In this document: positions 54,758 through 64,000 of the stretch, in pieces
Numbering within the stretch: the first letter of the stretch is position 1
Layout: each line of letters opens with the position of its first letter
Origin: the human T2T-CHM13v2.0 reference genome, Homo sapiens
DNA: 64,000 nt
Assembly: GCF_009914755.1 (NCBI RefSeq)
Contig: NC_060930.1
Direction: 5' to 3' (one strand)
The notes under the pieces: model-generated
What the model saw: only the letters and a program-made list of their open reading frames with translations
Databases searched by the model: none
Told to the model about the DNA's origin: nothing
Program-made: the position numbers and the translations under genes

Positions 54758-56063
54758 CTTCTCATATTGTTTAATGTGCTTATTATAGGCATCGAGTAAT
54801 ATTGATGAGAATGAGCATTCTTGTTTTGCTGTTTTGTTTTTTAATGAGACATCCTCTGGTTTTCACCACTAAGTCGCATGCCTTTTTAGACTGAGTATAA
54901 AAACATAATTTTAAGCTGTTCTTGGTGACTCAAGATAATGATTGTAAAGACTTGCCTTTGGATAGACATAATTATGCAGTGGCTTTTGGGGTCTGCTGGT
55001 CTATTTGTCTTTAAGTCAGGCAGCCTTACACTGCTATGCTTTTGTAGTTTTTCTCTTTGTCTTTCCCCCCTTGGACCATCATCTGCTGCTGACCAGAATC
55101 TGCTTGCTCTTGGGGGGCTTTCTGACACTGCTTGTTTTCTCCAGATCCCATTGCTCACTTCAGCCAGGTGCTTTCATTTATCTTTAGCTGCAGCCCTCAG
55201 GATTGGCCACTGCTCTAGCAGGAAAAGTATCAAAGTCCCTGATAAGGCAGGGACAGAAAGAGGGTTTTATTCTTTCTTTTCTCACTGTTGAGCCCATGCC
55301 AAGCAGTATCCACATACTGCCTGCCCCGCTTTCAGTCCTCTTTTTTGGTCCAAATGATGTTGGATCTGTCATTCGACTCTGGATGAATGAGAGCTCCTGA
55401 AGGGACAACCCTTTCAGTGAAGGGGTGAGGGTGGGGCATGCTCAGACCACTTTTATTACCTTTTCTGGGGCAGAAATTGTAGGTTAAGGTGACATCCTCT
55501 CACAGTTTCTTTATGACTTCATCAGGATACAAAGAATACAAGCTTCTCCCCTTCTCATTTTCTGTCTCCCTCTCTCTTCTATAGATAAGTATAGAGACAG
55601 AAAAGTAGACGTAGATAAAAACGTGGATATCAGAGAGAGGGAGCAATCAAGAAAGGAGATAGGCAGTGTATTGTTTTTAGAAGAGCAGAGAGACCTTTGG
55701 GAAGCCCTGTTCAAGAACAAGCAGATAATAAAGAGTTCCTTTGCTTTTCTTGAGAAAGAAAAATCGTTGCATGGAAGTATCCAATAGTCTCAGGCCCTCT
55801 GTAGAAAAATTTCCTAACCATCTTCTATAACACACATATAGTTCAACAAATGGTAGCCAGTATTTTAATCATCATTAATCTATCTACTTTGAAATAATTA
55901 AATATTAACGGTTAAAACTTTAACTGTTTCCCTCCTTTGGGAGTGAAGAAATGCAAGTCAATCTCATTTTTAGTTTAAAATGTGAATAAGTGACCACCAA
56001 ATTTTATTGCAGATGTGCTTTAAATATTTGGCAAATTTTAATATTTTTCTGCTGGATCTGTAG

Positions 56064-56288
56064 GTTGGACTTCTGGGAATTCAGATGTTGTGGACACACG
56101 ATTCAGAAGAGGCTTTACGTAATGCAAAAGATGACAGGAAAATCATGCAAGTGACCAATCAGAAATTTTTGGATATTCTAAATACTCTCATTAGTCAGAC
56201 AACACATGATCTAAGCAAGTTTGATAGAGTGAAGTTCGAGACTCTAATTACCATCCATGTGCATCAGAGAGATATTTTTGATGACTTG
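56064..56288 (+). CDS. DNAH8: exon, 225 nt, [11 protein letters not shown]...[14 protein letters not shown]
   Basis: atctgtag| acceptor, ttg|gtaagg donor, phase 0 to 0. Confidence 0.94.
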
Positions 56289-57067
56289 GTAAGGTATCTT
56301 TTTTTTTAATTTAGTGTACTAACTAATAATGAACAGCTAAGAATTGTATATGTTGCCTAACTTACATGAACTTTCCATTTACTTGGTCCTTTTTCATAAC
56401 TGTCCATCAATATCGTGTCCACAGTATTGTATTTCTGTATTGGATGGCTTAAACAACCATATTATATATTCATTTGGCACTCTGAAAGTTTGGAACCAAC
56501 TGATGTGATATGAGCCAGCTAATTGTTCCATTAAACCAAATAACCAGGAACATGATATAATTTAGGTCATAAGCTATGCTGGGTCGATTGGAAAAGGAGC
56601 ACAGATGGAACGGAATCAGGCTTCAGAGCACTCTCACGGCTGTTCGTCCAGTTGATGGTGATCATGGGCTTGATTTAGGCAAAGTTCTGTAGGGTGGGAC
56701 TAAGAAGGATAAGTGTTTGAATTCCTTTAGAAATGGGACTCTAACCAGTGGCCTTGACCAAGGCCAACTTCTCCTAAAGCAAGGATTTTTCTATTACAGG
56801 TGGTTTTGAAATGCCACTATTTGATAATCTTTACCTCCCATTTAACTCCTATTGCTTTAGTCTACTTGATTTGATACATTTTAAAGGTATCTCTTTCCTT
56901 CATCAGAGACACATAATTCATGCAGGTTGGGTCCTGTTTTAGAGAATGTGATCACAGACTGCCTGTTTTGAAGTTTTACCAAAAGTTCTGATCAGATAGT
57001 TTGTATTTATTGAAGATTATTTGAAGGACATCCAGTCAGTCCGTCCATCCCCCTGCAACCCAGATCC

Positions 57068-57242
57068 TTGCTTCTCAAAGTATTACATGCTGACCAGTGC
57101 TTTGGTATCACCTGGAAGTTGGTGAAAAGAGCAGAATCTCCAGCCTCCCTCCTCCCATCCAAGACCTACTGAATCAGAATCTGCATTTTATCAAGATTCT
57201 TAGGAGATTCATATGCATATTGAAGTTTGAGGAAAAACTGCT
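57068..57242. mobile_element. MER5-like hAT element
   Basis: agacctactgaatcagaatctgcatttta. Confidence 0.7.
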
Positions 57243-58384
57243 CTAGGATTTATCTCTGGATTAAGCTACTATCAGAAAGCTGCACACTTATATTGTTTTG
57301 GCCTTCCACGGACTAGCTTTTACTAATTGCAGTTACTATTATACTTTGACTTTAATTGATGTCCACCTCAAGAAGCACTAGTATGGAGTTCATTATTGTA
57401 TCTGCTGTCAGCATACGTTTGAGGATGTTGTCTATACGTCTCTCACTGGCTCCTAAAACTGAAGTCCTGTGAAAGAAATTTCTTTTAAAATTAAGTGCTG
57501 AGCAAACTTTACTTTACATCCAGAGGGATTAAAAAAAATAAACCTGTACATAAGGAAAACTATGAAACCATTTTCTTTTATCTTAATCACCATTGAACTG
57601 TTTGCATCCCAACTAAATGAGATGTCATGGCCAACATATATGCATTTTATTTTTCCATGTACAATTATTAGAACAACCTGATATACAGCAAGAACTCAAT
57701 AAATATATTAACTATTCTTCTTTTCTTCTCCACCTCCTCCTTACCATCTTAACAGATGGTTGAAAGTAGCTGGCCGAGAGCATCCCCATGGCCTTGAGTC
57801 CTGTGTTACAGAGCATTCCCTGTGGGTGGGGCCAGACTGTGTTACCTGAAAGTAACTCAAGATGATGAATACAAACTGTGCTTTAGGTGGGAAGCCAGTC
57901 CTTAACTAGAGGAGGAAGCAAGATCATAACCAAACAACAAACAACAATAGCAAAAAGCAGGACTGTAAATAGCAAGGAATATGGAGGCCTGGTCAGATGG
58001 AGATCTGAACATTGTATAGTAGCCACGAGTCCATTTTTTAGTGTCAGTTGAATGACCTGGAAGTGGGCCTACTGGATTTAAGAGCAGTGAAGGGGACCAC
58101 TTGCCACTTCCTGTGTTGATTCCTCTGAATGGGCAGGACTGGTGTTTCACCAGTTTCACTGGAAAGTCACGAAGCTCCTCAGAATGTGGTTATGATGGAA
58201 TGGAATTCCTAAGTTTGCTTACCTGGTTTCTGTCTCTTTGAACAGACCAGGTACTAGAGCTTGCATCCATGGCTATGAGAGCCCAGTACCTCTTGCCTCA
58301 CTTGTATATGCTGATGACTAGGCAGATTGAGTGGCTTGGCTATAGTGCTGGTGCAGGGAGACATGGGCATATATAACCATGTGT

Positions 58385-58900
58385 TTCCCTGCTTAATCCC
58401 TTTAGTGGCTTCCGACTGCTATGAAGACAATTCCTAAACCCCTTCCCATGGCCCTGTGAACCCTCAACTCTCATGCTTTCTCTAGATCCCGGGATGCCCC
58501 TAGCTGTACTGACCTTTTTTCAATTCCTTGAAGATGCCAATCAGATCTTCTAGACATTTGCCTATAGCACTTACTCTTCCCACACCCTCATGATCCCTTT
58601 TGTTCCCCGCTCCTGGTGGCCCTGGCTAATTCCTACTATTTATCTGGGTTTTAGTTGAGATGTTTTCTTCCTCTGAGTGCCCCTCTCAGATATCCTGGAG
58701 TAGTTAGGTCCTCCTGCTCCATATATTCATGAGCCCTGAATTTCGGTGGTGGTGCCCTTTGTACTTTATTGCAATGATTTGTTTCACTGTTTGCCTTTTG
58801 CCCTTTTCTGTAAGCTCTGGAAGCCTGGAACCATCTCTGTCTTTGTTTGCCTAGCACAGTGTCAAGCATAGGAAGAAACTCAATAAATATTTGTTAATAA
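58385..58900 (+). mobile_element. L2 3' region
   Basis: cctagcacagtgtcaagcatagg..actcaataaatatttgtt. Confidence 0.7.
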
Positions 58901-59002
58901 GAATCAGTTCATCAAAGAGTGAATTTTAAAAACTGCCCACATGCTTATGTTTTATGCTATTGCAATTCAGTATATAATTTTTTTGTATTTTATGTTTTTA
59001 AG

Positions 59003-59175
59003 GTAAAAATGCATATCAAATCACCTACTGACTTTGAATGGCTAAAACAGAGTAGATTTTATTTTAAGGAAGATTTGGATCAAACTGTGGTGTCTATTAC
59101 AGATGTTGATTTTATTTACCAAAATGAATTTCTGGGATGTACTGATCGTCTTGTTATCACTCCATTAACAGATAG
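59003..59175 (+). CDS. DNAH8: exon, 173 nt, [13 protein letters not shown]...RLVITPLTD(R); start of AAA1
   Basis: gtttttaag| acceptor, tag|gtagga donor, phase 0 to 2. Confidence 0.94.
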
Positions 59176-60057
59176 GTAGGAAACCCAGTTTTCGTTTTTT
59201 ATTTTGTAATTTTAAAATGTGCATAACATTATTTATAGTTGAATTTGAAATATTAACAAAAGCAGATTTCTGTCATGCTGGGTAGATGCTAGCTCATTAA
59301 AGTCAGCCTAACAATGAAATAACCACTTAAATATACATGTGCATTGAATTTTTATGAAGTAGAAAAAGATAAAAGAATAAAAGCAAGCTTGAATGTTGAC
59401 TGTGAGTGATTTAATGGTGAATTTTAGATTGCAAGATGGAAAAATATTCCTAGAATCCCAAAAGAAGTTAAAATTGCAAAGAAGGAAGGTCCCTTGGAGA
59501 TCATTTAATTTAGTCTTTTTTTCAGATGTGGAAATTGGCACCTAACGTACATTTTCATGGCCAATATGAATAATTAGTCAATGGCAGATCCCGTCACAAT
59601 TCTTTCCATTATATGACACTAGGCAATTACTAGGTCTTTTTTATCCCATGACACCCAGTTAAGTATGCTGTGCATAGAAAACATTCAATAAATGTTGTTA
59701 GAATTGACTTAAATTGCGTTCTTTAATATTAAGTGCTGCTGTTACTTTAAGTAGGGCTGCCTCCAGGTGAAATTATATCAAATCACATCTTCAGCCTCCT
59801 TTTGATTTATTGAACCTATCCCTTTTATATGCCCAGTGCCATAGCAACATAAATTTGTCAGTGTTTTCTCTTCTATTGGTGTTTACATATTAAGCATCGT
59901 GTCTCATGAAGCTTTACTAAGATCTTTACTAAGTTTTACTTAGATCCAAAACAAATACAACAGAAGCTGGATCATGGATACAAAGAGATTTATTATATTA
60001 GTATTCTTTGCACTTTTCTAAATGAGCGAATTATTTCATAGTGAAACTATTTATTTA

Positions 60058-60551
60058 CAGTGGTGTGCTGGAGCTGACTTGCATCAGCCTGTGGTGCTTA
60101 CCTGGTTTCTTTTTTTGTTTTGAGACAGAGTCTTGCTCTGTCGCCCAGGCTGGAGTGCAGTGGCGCGATCTTGGCTCACTGCAACCTCCACCTCTACCTC
60201 ACAAGTAGCTGGGACTACAGGCGCATGCCACCACGCCTGGCTAATTTTTGTGTTTTTTAAATAGAGACAGGGTTTCACCGTATTGGCCAGGCTGGTCTTG
60301 AACTCCTGACCTCATGATCCGCCCACCTCAGCTTCCCAAAGTGTTGGGATTACAGGCGTGAGCCACCATGCCCAGCCTTACCTGGTTTCTGTCTATGTGC
60401 ATTTTGCCCCGACTTTGTGATATCACATTGGTAGCTTGCCATTGACCACAGTGGAAGAATTTATACAATAGATATTGGCAAACATGAAAACCAGGTTTTT
60501 TTTTTTTTTTTCTGGAGAGCCAGTTGTTAAACATTTGCCAGCACAATACTG
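60058..60551. mobile_element. MER63-like hAT-Blackjack element split by an Alu
   Basis: TIRs cagtggtgtgctgg / ccagcacaatactg. Confidence 0.75.
60110..60377 (-). mobile_element. AluS with internal deletion; TSD cttacctggtttct
   Basis: antisense dimer lacking the gggttcaagcgattctcc segment. Confidence 0.9.
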
Positions 60552-60667
60552 CTCATTTGGTTCTCCTGACTGTAATGGGAGGAAGGCCTGAGGGTTTTAA
60601 GTCAGGGTTGAGGAGTTTTGAAATTAGTCTCAAGAAATCTTTGGGCTCACTGTAGTACTTTTAATGA

Positions 60668-61021
<354 letters not shown>

Positions 61022-61700
61022 TAGATTATTTTAGGTGAATTTATTTTTATTGCCTTTTAATGTTATTTTCTGATATAAATCCAAAGTGACGTGATCTCAT
61101 ATAATCTACATTAGTATGGGTTGATCCGTATGATATTGCCATTTTTCTAGGTCAAAAATGGCTGGATATCAACAGTTTCATATGGTTCAATACTATTGCT
61201 AGTGTTATAGTCTATGCATGGAATGTGTGTTAGATTACGAAAATGGAATCAATCTATAATTGCCTGAAATAATAGTAGAGAGGATCAAAATAGCAAACAG
61301 GGGACACATGTGGCTTCCCTCCCACAGAAATGAAAGAATTTTAGAAAGCATAGCAACACTGGAAAATAAGAAGGGGGTGGCCATCAGCAGATGGAAAATT
61401 TTGAGAAAATCCTGAAAGGTACGTAGAACATGTTTTCAGATGGACAGAGAAAAAAATATTTGAAGACACATCAACCTCAGAGCTCAGTACTTGGCGATCT
61501 TCTCTTTTCTATCTACATGCATTCTCTTGGTGATCTTATGTAGGTCCAAACTTTAAATGCCATCTGTATGATGACTCCAGAATTATATCTCTAGCTCGGA
61601 CTTCTTGAAACTCTAGATTCATTACGTACAACTGTTGATTTAGCATGTCCACTTAAATGTCTAGCAGGTGCAGATTCACTATGTTTAAAACCAAACTCCC

Positions 61701-62041
<341 letters not shown>

Positions 62042-62423
62042 TCAGACACAACAACAACAACAACAACAACAACAAACAAAACAACCATCCCCAAACAACT
62101 TCGACCTATCCTTTACTCCGCTCTTTCTCTTATACTCAGATCCAATCTGTCAGCAAACACTGTTGGTTCTACTTTCAAAATACCCCCAAAATTTGTACTT
62201 TCATCTTAGCAGTGTACTGTTTCCATTGTTTTGATGAAAATATACAAATAATTAAACCTCTCTTTATCACTGGAATTAAATATGTATTTATCAACAGCCA
62301 GATATGAAACTTTACATAATCCCGTTTCAATGTATAATGGTTTGGGAGCACTGGAGAAATGATTGTTATCAAGAAGGTATATTATAGAGTAAAACTTTAC
62401 AAATTAACTGTTTTTCATGCCAG

Positions 62424-62611
62424 GTCTTGCACAGTCGGGTTCCTGGGGCTGTTTTGATGAGTTTAACAGAATTGAATTGCCTGTATTATCAGTGGCAGCA
62501 CAACAAATTTATATTGTTTTGACAGCAAGAAAAGAAAGAAAGAAACAGTTCATTTTTTCTGATGGTGATTGTGTTGATTTAAATCCAGAATTTGGAATCT
62601 TCTTAACGATG
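62424..62611 (+). CDS. DNAH8: exon, 188 nt, [16 protein letters not shown]...GIFLTM (AAA1 Walker B)
   Basis: tttcatgccag| acceptor, atg|gtgaga donor, phase 1 to 0. Confidence 0.95.
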
Positions 62612-62909
62612 GTGAGAAAAAAGGCTTTAAATGCAATTTAATTAGTTTAATTGTTACAGACATAAATAAAACAAAGCATGTGTTAATGGGTAGATGACCA
62701 ACTATCCAGGAGTTATGAGCTGTTCTCTCTTACCATATGATTTTTTTTATGTCATTATAACCCAGACAGAAGATAAAATAGTAATTTTTTTCAATTAAAA
62801 AAAATTCAGATCCAGACCTACAGAGGTAATATGCTAAGGATAATAATAGATACTGTTTATTGACCACATAGTATAATATGTGTAAGGTGCAGGCTAAATG
62901 TTCTATGTG

Positions 62910-63315
62910 CTATATCAGATGGCATAACTCATGTGGTTCTGCAGTAACAAACAATCCCTAAATCTTAATTGCTTAAAGCCACAAGGTTTATCTCTCTGTC
63001 ATGCCACATGTCCACTGTGGGTTGACTAGGGTAGAAGTAGGAGGCCAGGGCTGCTTTGTATGTCTTTACTCTAGTACTCGGCCTGACGAGGTACCTACTA
63101 TCTCAATCATTGCTCTTTGCTGTAGCAAAGGAAAAAGAGAACATGAAGAATTGTGCTCTGACTCTTAGAGTTTCTTTCCAGAAGTGACACAAGTCCTAAG
63201 ACATTGGCTAAAGCAAGTTTCACGACCTAACTTCAGGGGATGGTGGGGTGGGGGAAAACGTGCCATCCTATCGTGTAACTAGAAACAGGAAGGACCTGAA
63301 ATATTCTCTCACATG
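62910..63315 (-). mobile_element. old MaLR LTR (MLT1J/K-like)
   Basis: ctgcagtaacaaacaatccctaaatctt...gcttaaa..acaaggtttat. Confidence 0.55.
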
Positions 63316-64000
63316 TACACTGTATCTTATAGCTATGATAGCCCTCTGAAGTGGATATTATATAGCTGACTTACCTGAGGCTCAGCGAGACTTAAAAACT
63401 TCCTAGGTCACCCAGCCAGTAAGAGAAAGAAGAAGTTGTTGTCTCTCTAACATAAAAATCTGACTGCTTAACCTCCACACTTGGTTTTTCTTTGACACCG
63501 AATAAAAGGAAATAAAAATAAAATTTCTGCAATAATTTAACAAGGTCCTATACGAAAGAATTGTAACAAATTCAGTTACCATGTGATTAAGGGTGAGCTT
63601 TGAGATTCAGTGTTGTAAAGATAGGAAACCAAAGGCATGAATAAACGGGAGTTTTTATGCTTTTATGTATCACCAGTTTTAAAGCTTTTATGTGTTTTCC
63701 ATAAAGTTAAATCTCGAAGTTGCAAGATAACACAAAGCACTCTGAGTTTTTAAATGTCCCCATGGATAAAGATGATAAATTATAGGAAGCAAAATCAGAA
63801 ATGTTTCTGATACACTTTATTGTAAGCAAACATCCAGTAAAGCAGTTAGGGGGAAATAAGAATAATCTGAAGTATTGATTATAAGTCAGGAAGTGGGATG
63901 AAGAAATGTACTCAGTGTAAAACTGTGGTCTAGAATTTTACAAAAAGCTTAACATGCTCCCTGGATTAAGAATAATATTGGAAATAGCAATTAGATATTG

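Overview
Primate (human-like) genomic DNA from the interior of a large axonemal dynein heavy chain gene on the + strand, recognised as DNAH8. I reconstructed 24 consecutive coding exons (1717..62611, 3597 nt = 1199 codons) whose splice phases join into one open frame. It runs from the tail through the linker into the AAA1 motor module (Walker A GPAGTGKT at 60881-60904, Walker B CFDE at 62450-62461). Two introns use an identical non-canonical GC donor (AAG|GCAAGT). The introns are filled with Alu, L1, L2, MIR, LTR and DNA-transposon fossils; repeat subfamily names come from my recollection of consensus sequences, not from a search. The most unusual observations are: (i) a heavily decayed Ty3/Gypsy pol relic (RT plus integrase motifs in order) at ~44550-46250; (ii) an antisense SNORA8-like H/ACA snoRNA copy at 20846-20939; (iii) an 84-bp templated insertion flanked by a 29-bp duplication; (iv) inverted Alus bracketing the GC-donor P-loop exon; (v) several local duplications. 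I found no intact novel gene or clearly new functional system. Nearly all non-exonic ORFs in the track are repeat-derived or chance ORFs.
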